Positions 42,083 through 54,515 of a stretch of DNA of 64,000 nucleotides are shown in pieces. The position numbers and the translations under genes were made by a program. Source of the stretch: Eledone cirrhosa. Lineage: Eukaryota. The notes under the pieces are model-generated. The model searched no databases and was not told where the DNA came from. It saw only the letters and a list, made by a program, of their open reading frames with translations. The stretch is taken from assembly GCA_964016885.1 (NCBI GenBank), contig OZ024746.1:42656001-42720000 (forward strand), read 5' to 3'. The stretch's first letter is position 1. The number at the start of each line of letters is the position of its first letter.

Positions 42083-44404
42083 TTATGTAATATTCTGCTT
42101 GTAGTGGGAAAAAAGGGTTTTAGTTCTGTGACGGCAGAATAATGTTCGTTCAATTCTGTTATTCAGCAGTTTCTTCTTGTGTGTGATTATGTAATAAATC
42201 TCAAGATTACACAATTTGCAGAAATTTTGGCTCCTGGAAAAGCTTTGGGTTTTAGCTAATTTTTCCCATTTTAGGGTAAACTTTTGATTGCTATCCCTGA
42301 GCGTCCAAGCTTTTTCTGCTAAAGTTGTTACATTTCTTTGGCTCTGGTGTTTTATTGAGTAAGAATGCCTATACAATCGAGATTTAAACGATGTTGCCGT
42401 TGATCCCACGTAATACCACTCGTTGCCTCCGGATTTAATGGTACACTTATAAATAATATTTTTTTCCAGGCAGTTATTGCCGAGGGGGCAGTTGTCAGGA
42501 TAGGTGCAGTTACAGTTGTGTACGTTGGGTTTTCTCTGGAGTAGTATTGCGGACGAACTTAGGTGTGATTTATTTATGTTCTGTAGTGTATTGTCTACTG
42601 TTTTTTTGGGGTTCTTTGTACTTAAGTTCTTAGTGTTTTCGTTTAACCTTCTAGTATTGATCTTTTTTATGTGTTGTTCAAGGTTTAACGCTGTAGAGTA
42701 TGACAGTCTTATAGTGGTAGGGTTTAGGATTTTGTGGTATTTGTGTGATGTGGGAAAATGTCTTTTAATTATTTTAAAGAAGAGTACTGGTAAATTTGTA
42801 CTAATGGAGCTATTGTATTCGGGGTTATACCATAAGTACTCTTTGCATCGCTTTCTATTAGTTTTGTTTGTTGGTTTACTGGTGTGCATACTATGGTAGT
42901 AAGTGTGGTTTGGTGTTGTGTTATTATATCTACCTATGTGGGATTTATTTTGGGTGTTTTGATTGTTCCCATCTATGTACTCTATTTTGTTGAGGTAGCC
43001 TGCTTTAGTAAGGGCGTTATCGTAGTACTCGGCGTGTTCCTTAAATACTTGTATGTTAGAAGATAGACCCGAGATTCTAAGGGAAATATTTTTAGGGATA
43101 GATTTAATTATAGAGATGGGGTGGTTAGACCCAACATTTACGTATTTGAGATTTTCATTCAATTTATGAAACGGTTTAATCAAACCAGAGTTTAAATTGA
43201 GTGTGACATCCAGGAAGTTAACTACTTTAAGGTTGTATTCATATGTTATAGTTAGTCCTATTTCGAGTAGTAGTTTTCTTATATCTTTGCGTAGTTTTTC
43301 TAGTTTTTGGTTATTAAGGTTTTTAGCTAGGAGGAGAACATCGTCGCGGTATATTCCGCCGTGGAGATTGCTGAATTTTTCCTGGAGTCTAAAGGCGATA
43401 AATAACCCCACAATATCAGTTATTTCCGCCGAATCGTTAGAGCCCATTGTTATGTCAAAGTTAGAGGGTCTATCTTTACGTACCCAATAACTGTTCTCAA
43501 ATTTGACTATAGTTTTCCTAGCTTCTAATATAATCTTAATTTCATCGTTTGTAAGGTCAGAGTTATCCTTAGCAAACTTAATGGCTCTATTCAAAGTTTC
43601 AGGTGATATCGATGAGTAATATTCATCGATATCAAACTGGATAAACTTAGATTTATTCTTATTGCTAATGCTATTAAACCATCTTATTGCTTCTTGGGTC
43701 TTCCCCCAGAGTTTAATGTTAACCTTAGCCTTAATTTGGGGGATGATTCTATCTAAGATATATTTGCTTATTTTACCTATATCTGATTTAGAGGGGCAGA
43801 TTAATCTAATTTTAGGGTCATTATCAAAGTTTACCTTGTGGTCCTTAAGATTGAAGGTGGGTACCGCCGGTAAGAGTGGTCCTGTCCTATCCTCGATTCC
43901 GAGATTTTTCACTATTTCGCATGCCTCATCATTGATGTGCTTAAGTGTTACTTCACTCGTTTTTCTATATTTTTTATGTAATTCTTTTCGAATGAAGTTG
44001 TTGTATGTAGTGCAATCCATAGTGTACAGGTTTGATGTTTTGTCCGCTTTTACTACAATTCCTTTGGTGTTTTTAAGGTCGTCCAGTAGTTTTTTTATAT
44101 CTTTCTGTAATTTGCTGTTGGTGTTGCGTCCTTTGAATTTAATTTTAAGGATTAAGTTCATAAGGTCCTGCTCAAATGCATCTAATAGTGGGTTGGTGGG
44201 TGGGTTTTTACAAGTCCTAAAACCGAATTTGTTGTTTACACCACTTTCTAATGTTGAGTTCATACGGCTTCTATCATAGTGGAGCGTTTTCCACCTGACA
44301 CGTCGAATGAATTCATTAGTTTTTTGAATCATGCTCAATAAATATTCCTTTCTACCTTGGGTTGGTATGTTTTTGAGTGACATATCCAGGTAGTGTTTTT
44401 CCAT
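42083..44404 (-). CDS. PLE polyprotein: reverse transcriptase + C-terminal GIY-YIG endonuclease (773 aa, uninterrupted)
   Basis: KADKTSN, FIQFDIDEYYSSI, TMGSNDSAEITD, YRDD, VNFLDVTL, SNHP; CNCTYPDNCPL linker; IIYKCTI...YYVGST..FKSRLYRH...KW...CKLCNLE...LLN...CRH. Confidence 0.95.
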   Translation of the reverse strand: MEKHYLDMSLKNIPTQGRKEYLLSMIQKTNEFIRRVRWKTLHYDRSRMNSTLESGVNNKFGFRTCKNPPTNPLLDAFEQDLMNLILKIKFKGRNTNSKLQKDIKKLLDDLKNTKGIVVKADKTSNLYTMDCTTYNNFIRKELHKKYRKTSEVTLKHINDEACEIVKNLGIEDRTGPLLPAVPTFNLKDHKVNFDNDPKIRLICPSKSDIGKISKYILDRIIPQIKAKVNIKLWGKTQEAIRWFNSISNKNKSKFIQFDIDEYYSSISPETLNRAIKFAKDNSDLTNDEIKIILEARKTIVKFENSYWVRKDRPSNFDITMGSNDSAEITDIVGLFIAFRLQEKFSNLHGGIYRDDVLLLAKNLNNQKLEKLRKDIRKLLLEIGLTITYEYNLKVVNFLDVTLNLNSGLIKPFHKLNENLKYVNVGSNHPISIIKSIPKNISLRISGLSSNIQVFKEHAEYYDNALTKAGYLNKIEYIDGNNQNTQNKSHIGRYNNTTPNHTYYHSMHTSKPTNKTNRKRCKEYLWYNPEYNSSISTNLPVLFFKIIKRHFPTSHKYHKILNPTTIRLSYSTALNLEQHIKKINTRRLNENTKNLSTKNPKKTVDNTLQNINKSHLSSSAILLQRKPNVHNCNCTYPDNCPLGNNCLEKNIIYKCTIKSGGNEWYYVGSTATSFKSRLYRHSYSIKHQSQRNVTTLAEKAWTLRDSNQKFTLKWEKLAKTQSFSRSQNFCKLCNLEIYYIITHKKKLLNNRIERTLFCRHRTKTLFSHYKQNIT

Positions 44405-44817
44405 TGTTGTGGTTGCGTTTGCTGTGTGGGTTGCTCGACTTTACAGGAGGTAAATATACAGTATTTTCCGTTGTGTTGTAATATAAATATTACACACAGT
44501 AGATTATCAGCTCACGTAGAGTTTGCTCGACGGTTCCAGTTGTAGTTCCAAAAGTAATCCGGAGAAAAATAGAAAGATTTGAATGGATACAGTTTAGTTG
44601 AAAGGAATTTATTGACACGTGTTTCTATAACAGTTACATAACCTAAAAACACGTGTCAATAAATTCCTTTCAACTAAACTGTATCCATTCAAATCTTTCT
44701 ATTTTTCTCCGGATTACTTTTGGAACTACAACTGGAACCGTCGAGCAAACTCTACGTGAGCTGATAATCTACTGTGTGTAATATTTATATTACAACACAA
44801 CGGAAAATACTGTATAT

Positions 44818-44818
44818 A

Positions 44819-44884
<66 letters not shown>

Positions 44885-44901
44885 TATATATGTATATATA
44901 C

Positions 44902-44952
<51 letters not shown>

Positions 44953-44991
44953 TATATATGTATATATACATATATATATATGTATATATAC

Positions 44992-45053
<62 letters not shown>
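44818..45053. repeat. (TA)n microsatellite
   Basis: Direct reading. Confidence 0.97.
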
Positions 45054-45055
<2 letters not shown>

Positions 45056-45773
45056 CTTAACTAGCTACCGTCGCAGTAGGACAGACGTGATCATCGCGAT
45101 TCACATACGACCTACCATACATCTTGCTTATATACATAAGTATATATATGTTTGTTTACAAACACACCGAGCATTATAATAAATGTTCGGTGAATCCATA
45201 CGTGCATATATATATGTGTGCATGTATGTATATATATATATATACATACTGCTGTACGTCTGTATACATATATGCATGTACGTGTACATACTTATATTTA
45301 AGTAACAGCCGTACTAAGAGTGGGAAATGAAATTTTGTTTCATTTTTTCCGTTTATCGTTTTCGGTGCACCCAGCCGATTAACCCACTCGATATGAAAAT
45401 TGGGCTACTCAGCCATTAATATGCATAAGGTAAGTTTATACGTTCAACAATCTGCCAGAAAGGTATACGTTGCTGATGATAGCTAATAAGCTTGAAACTA
45501 GTACAGCGTTCCTTTGTCAGTGTTGAACAAACAAGCAACGATGGTTGCTACACACTACAGCTTAATACGGGATGTTTGTTTACAAACATACCGAGCATTA
45601 TAATAAATGTTCGGTCAATCCATACGTGCATATATATATGTGTGCATGTATGTATATATATATACATACTACCGTACGTCTGTATACATATATGTATGTA
45701 CGTGTACATACTTATATTTAAGTAACAGCCGTACTAAGAGTGGGAAATGAAATTTCCTTTCATTTTTTCCGTT

Positions 45774-45776
<3 letters not shown>
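45054..45776 (+). mobile_element. Non-coding ~420-bp partial tandem element with a hammerhead (retrozyme / non-autonomous PLE-like)
   Basis: Direct repeats 45148-45356 and 45572-45776; HHR between them; (TA)n flanks. Confidence 0.8.
45442..45528 (+). ncRNA. Type I hammerhead ribozyme with extended helix I and minimal helix III
   Basis: ACGUUG-CUGAUGA-U-AGCU(AAUA)AGCU-U-GAAAC(UA)GUA|CAGCGU; helix I continues AAAGG/CCUUU and GUUCAACA/UGUUGAAC. Confidence 0.85.
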
Positions 45777-45823
<47 letters not shown>

Positions 45824-45824
<1 letters not shown>

Positions 45825-45986
45825 CATCATCATTTCATTTTACGTTCGCTTTTTCCCTGATTGCAAGGGTGGGACGGGAACTGATTCTGGCTTGATTTCT
45901 ACAGCTGGATGCCCTTCCTAACACCAACCTCATTTACAGTGAGTGCTGGGTGCTTTTTTTGACGTGGCGCCTACACGTCCACTTTA
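45824..45986 (-). mobile_element. 3' part of SINE family A
   Basis: Matches 2628-2790. Confidence 0.85.
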
Positions 45987-45992
45987 TATGTG

Positions 45993-46051
<59 letters not shown>

Positions 46052-46070
46052 GTGTGTATATATATATATA

Positions 46071-46107
<37 letters not shown>

Positions 46108-46456
46108 CATTTAAGTCCTAAAATAGAAAACTAAATGACACTATCTATTAGGAAATCATATTGTCCTCACATTTCAAAGATAAACTGAAATATTTTGTCA
46201 TCTTATTTCCTCTATTTTAGGTAAAATGCTCACAGGCAGTATAAGAATTACTAGATGAACAAACAAGACAGTAGTAACTACTTAAACATCATCATTATAA
46301 ACAAACATTTAATTCTCTCAGTAAAAAAAAAAGAAAACTCAAAAACAAAAGTTTGTCATGGGTGTCTTTAATTCTCTTGGATCAATTCATTCAGAGAGTA
46401 TTGTGATAGACAAAAATTATCTACCTGGCTTTTTACCACTACACACACACATATAT

Positions 46457-46583
46457 AGCCGTCGAAACGGCTTGAGCTCTGCCCTCGGGGTTAAACCTTT
46501 TCCTATTACCCACTCTACTACCCTAAGTATTGAGTACTCTGGTGCATTATGGTCCATCTGGTTCCTTACCACACCTCCTTCGT
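46457..46583 (+). mobile_element. pLTR-like scrap with a decayed HHR 3' half
   Basis: GAAACGGC-UUGAGCUCU-GCCCUC|GGGG resembles 19535-19600; shares GTATTGAGTACTC with 51688-51810. Confidence 0.4.
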
Positions 46584-46680
46584 TATATATATATGGTGAG
46601 ATAAATACCCTCTTAGATAAGATGCCAACTTGCTGCAGGTGGTAATCCTATAATGTTTATATATTTAGTCAGGAATTAAC

Positions 46681-48232
46681 TTGAATTTCTTACGTGACAA
46701 CTTACTGCAGGCTACTGATGAAACTTGTGGCTGGAGCAGAGCTCCAACCAGACAGAGAGTGACCTGGTGGTGGAACAGCACAGTAGATAAGGCCATTAGA
46801 GACAAAAGACTAGCATGGAAGGCTTGGAAAAAGGGTGTGAGTAGGGAAGAATATACAGCCGCTAAGAGAGAAGCTAGACGTCAGGTGTACTTAGCACGCA
46901 GGGAGGCTGAGAGTAGGAGGTTTGCCAATGTTCTGCGACGGGAAGATCAGAGGCGTGCGGTGTTCCACATTGCAAGGCAGTGTGTCAATGCAAATCAGGA
47001 TGTTGTTAGAGATAAATGTGTCCGGAACAATACCTAAGGAAACTAGGTGTTGAGGAATGGCTTGTGAGGACTGCAAACTTTGTACATAGGTACTGTCAGT
47101 AAAGTCAGGGTAGGAATGGAGTTTAGTGAGGAATTCCAGATACAAGTATGAGTACATCAAGGTTCGGTCCTCAGCCCGCTCTTGTTCATTATAGTCCTCC
47201 AAGCCATAACAGAGCAGTTTAAGACTGGCTGTCCATGGGAACTTCTCTATGCTGACGATCTGGTGCTTATAGTAGAAACAGTAGAGGAGCTAGAGAATAA
47301 ATTCTGGCTATGGAAACAAGAGGACTGAGAGTGAACCTAGCTAAGACAAAAGTGTTGATGAGTAGAAAAGAGGACAAAACTTTGATTCCGTCAGGGAAAT
47401 GGCCATGTTCGATATGCAGAAAAGGAACTGGCATAAATTCTATAAAATGCACACAATGCAGATCCTGGGTACACAAGAGATGTAGCGGGATAGCAGGCAA
47501 ACTAAGAGGTAGGGAGAAATATGTATGCAGTAGATGTACAGGGAAATTAGACAGTAGAAGTCGCAATGATAGACACATTTTTCAAATGCAGGCGGGTGCT
47601 ATAGAAGTGGTGGATAGCTTCCGGTACCTAGGAGATCAGATTAGCATGGGAGGGGGGTGTTCCGAGGCCATAGTATCTACAATAAGGATGGGTTGGAAGA
47701 AGTTTAGGGAGCTGCTTCCTCTGCTGACGAAGAAAGGTTTCACCCTGGGTACGAAAGGCCGGTTATATGATGCCTGTGTGAAGAGCGCGATGTTGCATGG
47801 TAGTGAGACATGGGCAGCAACTGCAGAGGATATGCGACGGCTGGAGAGAAATGAGGCAAGAATGCTCCGTTGGATGTGCAGTGTAAATGTGCGTGAACAA
47901 CCCAGCATGAATGTGTTGAGAGAGAAACTGTGTCTGAGAGGGATAGAATGTAGTGTACGGGAGAGGAGACTGAGGTGGTATGGACATGTGATGCGCATAG
48001 AGGATGACCGATGGGTAAAGAAGTGCCAGGAAATGCCAGTTGAAGGAAGACGTGTTAGAGGTAGACCACGAAAAACATGGGCGGAGGTGGTGAGAACAGA
48101 CCTCAGATCACTGAAGCTCACTGTGGAGATGACGAAGGACCATGACAAGTGGAGAGATGCTGTGCTGAATAAGACCCGTCCCACCCTTGCAAGCAGGGAA
48201 GAGCGGACGTAAAATGATGATGATGATGATGA
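46681..48232 (+). mobile_element. RTE LINE fragment (second subfamily) with an internal deletion
   Basis: RVTWWWN...DKCVRNNT joined directly to LRKLGVEEWLVR; HQGSVLSPLLF, LLYADD, PHD-like finger, RLRWYGHVMR; (TGA)n tail right after the stop. Confidence 0.93.
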
Positions 48233-49350
48233 AGAGATGGGCAGTACCCATGTCTCTATTCATGGGATCTGAGACTGGGGGCAGGGATGAAGGAAGCTAT
48301 CCTGAAACTTGAGACATGGCCTGAATACTTGCAGATGAATGGATTCCTCCTACATCATTTAAAGGTAGGTGGGGGTGTTAAACAGAGCGATACAGTCTAC
48401 CACCCAAGTAGGACCCATCAGAATATGAGCTTTCCTCAGTGGAATTTGAACTCAGAATGGAAAGTGACAGAGGAATCATTACAAGACAACTTGCCTTATG
48501 TTCTGACAATTCATTGCCCTAGACAGGTAATTTATTTTATCAAACCTGAAAGAATGAAAGGTAAATTTGAACACAGTGATGTTTGAACTCAGAAAGGGAA
48601 TAGCTGGAACAAATATAGCATTTAACCTAGATACCTATTCTCTGAAACCAAGTGAAATGGGGATTATAGAATTAAGAATTAAGGATAAGAGCTCCACAAA
48701 ATGTGTGAAGTTAATATGACTAATGGGCTGGCAGGAAATTCGTTTTAAAATTCTATCTACACTTTATAAATGCTTGAATGCCCAGGGCTATATTATATAG
48801 TAAATGTTAATCTAGTTATATGGATTTTAATAAACTTCACTGTATAAAAGGAACAAACATAACATGCATAGTAAGATCATAAAAACTGAACAGTAAAAGA
48901 ACTGAGTTTGCTGATCTTAAGTTGGAATTGCTGCTAGGTCATGTAAGTTAAGAAGAAACAATGAATGAGTCAACAAAATGAATCAAGATAAACAAATAAG
49001 AAACAAAGAAAATCCAACAGTTTACAATATAACAGAAAATAACAGAACAAAAGTAAAACAAAAAATATCTAATAAATAGAGTATAATAAATATAGAATAA
49101 AATAAAGAGCAGTAGTTAGTTTCCTAAAGACTTTTTGTTTTCTTTTGCAACATAGAAACAGAAATATAATAATGTACAATTTGACATTAATAATAAGACT
49201 AACTAAAACTGACAACTTTTACTATGATTTATTTTCACAAAGCCTGATCTTCAGCTAATAAATTTGCTTTGGCTTGAAATCTGTCAAACATTTTCTTAGA
49301 AAATGGAAGCACTGTAAACTTGATGGTCAAACCAAACAAGTACAATCAAC

Positions 49351-49733
49351 GGTGAATTGGCAGTATCGGTAGAAGGTCGGATATGCTTTCCAGCATAGTT
49401 ACGTCCCTTTACGTTCTGAGTTCAATTCCCACCGAGGTTAACTTTGCCTTTCATCCTTACGAGGTCGATAAAATAAAGTACCAGTAATGTACTGGGTAAT
49501 TGCTGGCCTTGTGCCAAAAGTAGAAACAATTATTACTTCAGTGGTGGATTGGCAGTATCGGTAGAGGGTCGGACACCATGCTTTGACACATAGAGTTACG
49601 GCCATTGCCATTCTGAGTTCAAATCCCGCCGTTAATTTTGCCTTTCATCTTTACGGGGTCGATAAAATAAAGTACCAGTAATGCACTGGGGTAATTACTG
49701 GCCTTGTGCCAAAAGTAGAAACAATTATTACTT
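49351..49733 (+). mobile_element. Tandem dimer of SINE family B
   Basis: Two ~190-bp copies, each ending GGCCTTGTGCCAAAAGTAGAAACAATTATTACTTCAGT. Confidence 0.88.
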
Positions 49734-51360
49734 CAGTAAAACTGTTTTGTAGTTATACCAATGCTGGACTGGGCAGCAGTAGCATATTTTTTATTTTTCC
49801 TCGAGAGATGCAAAACATGGATTTTAATTTAGTTTAGTAGAAGGATGTTTATAGAATTTAATTATTTCTCTTCATAACTAAAAATGGTGAAATGTAATAT
49901 TACATGCAGGTTTATTTCAGTTGAACATTTACAGGTAATGTTTTTCAATAAAATGTATTAAAAACTCCATGTCAGACATGATATATTATCCATCATTTCC
50001 TATTTTTAATTGGTAATACAAAGATGATCTCTGAGGAAATTTAGCCAATTGATTAGCAGGGTTAGCAGAAATTATTGATTTATATGAAGTCATTTATCAA
50101 AATCATCTTCATATTTTTTCCATGTATGGATGCATACGTGTGGGTATGTGTGTGCATATGTAAATGTGTGTATAAAAATCTAGATACAGTACATTTCCCA
50201 CAGATTTAAGAAAAAACACTAGAAGCAAAAAGCATTATGGTATAGAAAATTCCTGCCCGAAACTAGTTTTGAAATCTAATTTATAGTATTATTCTGCTTG
50301 TCAAGCATCTGTGTGTTTGAGTGTTGCACTTTAAACAAGGCTTACTATGGAATAAAATCAAAGATATAATCAGATTTTTAACACAATGAAGTAATATCGT
50401 AATGATTTTACTAACTTCATGAAATAAAATATTTTGAATAAAGTATTTAAAAGAAATTCAGTGAGTTGTTATATAATACCTATCATCAATTAGCAACCAA
50501 TATCAACTTCAACCAAAAACAAAATGTATGACTTGAATATATCCCATATATATTGAAATTGATCTTATTTTACAAGTCAACCCCGTATGTTTAGCCCCAC
50601 CAAATTGGATTTCTCTATCTATCTCAGGTAAAAATGCTCCCTAATTCTTTATGGAAATCTGATCAATATATTGTTAATGAAAGTATTATCTTGAACTTTA
50701 AGATCAGAAAATTATTTTTTCTATACTATTATGTTCTGATGTATGCATGAAAACACACATCCTATTAAATACTCCACTGAAAATCCTTAAGTAATGCCAC
50801 ATCTGCATTATAAATAAATTTACATTATCAATTAACCTACATTAACTAGATAAACCATTGTTCCCGAATTTAGTAGTGAAGTGTATTATCACTGGGTCAG
50901 TATATCAGCCCATCATTTTCTATATAAGCTAAGCCAAATATTAAAATGCTACAGCTGAAGAGTTGTGATGAAGACGGGCTGAGCAAGTACTAGTCATATA
51001 TATACAGATCTTGTTGTAAGTGATGATAGTATACTGTAATTTAAATTTTCATTTAGCAAGTTTACTTAAGCAAAAGAGCAAGTGAAAATATATAAAAACT
51101 ATATGACTTCATGTGCTTTGCCAGTAAGAAGTGTTATGATTTTCAGAAACATCAATATTATTACTGCAATGCATTGATTTAGGTTTTTTATCCATTTGGA
51201 GACCATTTGAGCTTTTGTTTATTGATTCATTATCTTGGATTGAAGTGTGATTTTCTGCCCCTTGAATGTAGCATCCGTGTAATATTTCACCTCATAAATT
51301 TAGCCTCCTTAAAATAGTCTAAAATAAAATTGCTTTGTGTGTGTGTGTTTACACTATATA

Positions 51361-51393
<33 letters not shown>

Positions 51394-51398
<5 letters not shown>

Positions 51399-51672
51399 CC
51401 GGGTGATGTGTTGTTTCCTTGAGCAAGACACTTTATTTCACATTGCTCCAGTTTACTCAGCTGTAGAAATGAGATGATAGGAACTGGGGTCCCTATCATT
51501 CCACTGCAAAGTGGTCGTGGAGGTGCCACGGAAAAAAAGCACCCAGCACTCACTGTAAATGAGGTTGGTGTTAGGAAGGGCATCCAGCTGTAGAAATCAA
51601 GCCAGAATCAGTTCCTGTCCCACCCTTGCAAGCAGGGAAAAGTGGACGTAAAATGATGATGATGATGATGAT
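51394..51672 (+). mobile_element. SINE family A, 5'-truncated
   Basis: Matches 39465-39729; (GAT)n tail. Confidence 0.9.
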
Positions 51673-52540
51673 ATACATATATATATAAAATCCCGGCTGC
51701 AGCACCAAGCAGTTACATATCTCTATACCCACTCTGTATCTGCCCATGTATTGAGTACTCCCATGATCAGTGGTCTCTCCAGTCTCAGCAGCACAGACTC
51801 TCTCTCTCCTAAATTAAAAATCTAAAAATTAACCATTTTTATATACATATGTATGTGTACCTTTTCAGTCATATAACATCGAAAAATATTGTAACGTTTA
51901 TAAAAATGAAGTGATAGCATTATCATATTTATCTAAGATTATCCATTAGCTTTTGATTTATATCACATAGACAATGCTATATTGTATCTCTATGCAAACA
52001 CTAGTTATCCTTTACTCATCATTTAAGAGATCAAGAATTTTCACTATTTGGCACTAAAGTTGTCAATGTTAGAACACAGGACAAAAGCAAAGATATGATC
52101 AATGTAATGAATAAAGAAATGTCAAACATAGGTTTAGCCCACTTGTATCAGCTTAAAATGCAACAACAGAAAATCTTCTGAACAACTTAAAAACCCTAAC
52201 ATTGTTTGCTGGGAGGATTGTTGATTTTTTAAATGTAAACAGATTGGCATCACAGACTTAATTGTCTCATTAATTCTATTGCATCAAATCAATTAAAACT
52301 ATATTCTCTTCCCAATTCTTAATGCTTATAAACATTTCCCATCATTTATTTTTATATGATACATTTTGTTTTCTTTTTTTTTTCAGATTGAACTACTCAG
52401 TATGTTTCAACCAATCTTATGAATATGTGTTACTAATTATATGTTATTACAGCAAATAGCAGCATGAAAAAATAGGTACCATAAGGATGAGTAAAAGAAA
52501 AAATGTTGATACAATTCAGCTCTAATATAAGGAAACATAA

Positions 52541-52800
52541 AGGTATGCGGTTTAGTGGTTAGGGTGTGTGGCACACAAGCATAAAATCATGAGGTAAATT
52601 CAGCTCGAAAAAATGTGTTGTACCTGCTGCTGTTCAAAGGTCAAGCCTTAACCCACTGTCAGACTGAATCTCCCTGAGAACTACATTAAGGGTCCATGAA
52701 TTTGTGGAATGCTCAGCCACTTACACATTAATTTCATGAGCAGGCTGTTCCATTGATTGAATCAAGTGAAACACTTGTCATCTAAACTGATGGAGGTCCA
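52541..52800 (+). mobile_element. Decayed tRNA-headed SINE (third family)
   Basis: GGTTTAGTGGTTAGGGTG A-box-like head; body unlike families A and B. Confidence 0.45.
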
Positions 52801-54199
52801 AAAATAGAGTATGTAGGAAAAATATGAATTAATTTAAAATATTGACAATAATGGAATTGAAGGAATTTATAAAGCCTGAACAAACAATATCAACATTGAA
52901 AAGTGTTTTATATTTAGCTATACTACGTCGGAATACTGTTTACATAATGCAGAATGTCTCATGATACAGAGATCTATATGGTAACATAACCAGCCAGCAA
53001 AACAATATTGCAGAAACAAAAGTAGTATAATGTAACACATTCTTATCACATATATCAAGAAATTGGTAAATACTTTTCTTGTGTAAAGAATTCATGAGAC
53101 CAGTAATCATTTGTAAAGAGAATTATTATCATATCAAGAAAATAAAGCATATTAATTTCAACATTATTAGAGCTGCAAAACAGGAAGTTGTTTATACACA
53201 ACTATATTTTTTGCACTCACTTGAACTTTGTCAGTGTTCTTATAGTTTGTATTGAATATTGAAAGATATGTTTGTACTGTTACTGAAATATTCATAACAT
53301 AATTATATGATGTTCAAATTCTTTAAAGTATTCTGACTTAAAGAAATGCCAGGATACAATTGATATAATTAAAATAATTATATACCTTACAAAGGTATGT
53401 CAAGAGTTATATTTTGTTGGCATCACAAAAGGTATATTTTTCGCACAGGTACATTATATGTCTTGTTCCTTGGATAATAAATATAAAGGGTTATTCAATT
53501 AAAAGTCTATTGTACTCTACTTCTACTGAGTTCTAAAAGAATCAACCTCTTATTCATTTCTAGTATATAAAAGAAAACTATCATTTGTAAGCCTGGTCTA
53601 TCTATAAGCATCATAAAATTCAGTTTAGACATCCTAAAAGAAAACACTATTTGATATAGTTTTTTTAAGGAGTAATATGTGTTGATGAAGTAAATACATT
53701 GAATCTATGGAAAAAAATTATCAGAATAGAATATCAAATATAAAACTAAGGGAAGACATGATGGAAAATTATATCACAATACCAAATTGTTGGGAAGTTT
53801 TATGTATATCAATGTGTAAAAAAAAAAACTTGTAATAATGAAGCAGTACAAAACAATATAGAATTGTATATAAACCAATATGAAATTTGAATAGTGACAT
53901 CTCTAACAAAGCTTTTGAAACAAAGTCTCCCTTTAAGAGATAACAAAAAAGTAAATTGTTAATGGAAACCAGAAGCAATATAAAGAAAGCTTTATATTTC
54001 ATCTGTAGTCTACAGTATATTTTTGGAAAGCATTTCAATTCTTTATTAAAAATATACCAAAATCTTAAATATATCAAACATAAATATAATAATCTGAAAA
54101 GAACTGTAAATCTTTCAAAAAATTTAATTTGGAATATTAACTAAGGTCAAACCAAGACAGAAAACCAAACAAAGGAATAGAAATTTTGCAATTGTCTCC

Positions 54200-54515
54200 A
54201 TTATCACCGTTTAACGTCAATTTTTCCACGCTGCCATTGGTTAGACAAGTTAACCTGTTATGAGGAATGCTAGGTCAGGTGATCATCTCTTGCTCATACA
54301 GAACCGATTTTGGCTTGATTTCTACAGGTGGATGCCCTTCCTAGTGCCAATCTCATTTACAGTGAGTACTGGGTGCTTTTTGTTGACACCTATACGACGA
54401 CTTTACAGTGTGGTCTGGGTGCTTTTTGCTGTGACACCTACACGACCGCTTTACAGTGTGGACTGGGTGCTTTTTGCTGTGACACCTACACAACCACTTT
54501 ACAGTGTGGACTGGC
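54200..54515 (-). mobile_element. RTE/SINE 3' tail with ~3 internal ~39-bp tandem repeats
   Basis: GGATGCCCTTCCTA..CTCATTTACAGTGAG core, then repeats of GGGTGCTTTTTGCTGTGACACCTACAC..CTTTACAGTGTGGACT. Confidence 0.8.

Larger units (their letters stand above)
40967..44817 (-). mobile_element. Apparently complete Penelope-like retroelement (partial 5' pLTR with inverted arm, ORF, 3' UTR/pLTR)
   Basis: Direct repeat 40967-41047 = 44569-44648; inverted arms 44454-44624/44647-44817; intact ORF; (TA)n both sides. Confidence 0.93.

Noticed and set aside
42504-44279. Plus-strand ORFs up to 205 aa overlapping the PLE ORF (similar antisense ORFs over the RTE and CR1 copies)
   Set aside because: Antisense shadows of coding sequence with no recognisable domains
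54360-54515. Three ~39-bp repeats superficially like a CRISPR array
   Set aside because: Contiguous tandem repeats without unique spacers, inside an RTE/SINE tail; eukaryotic context with no cas genes
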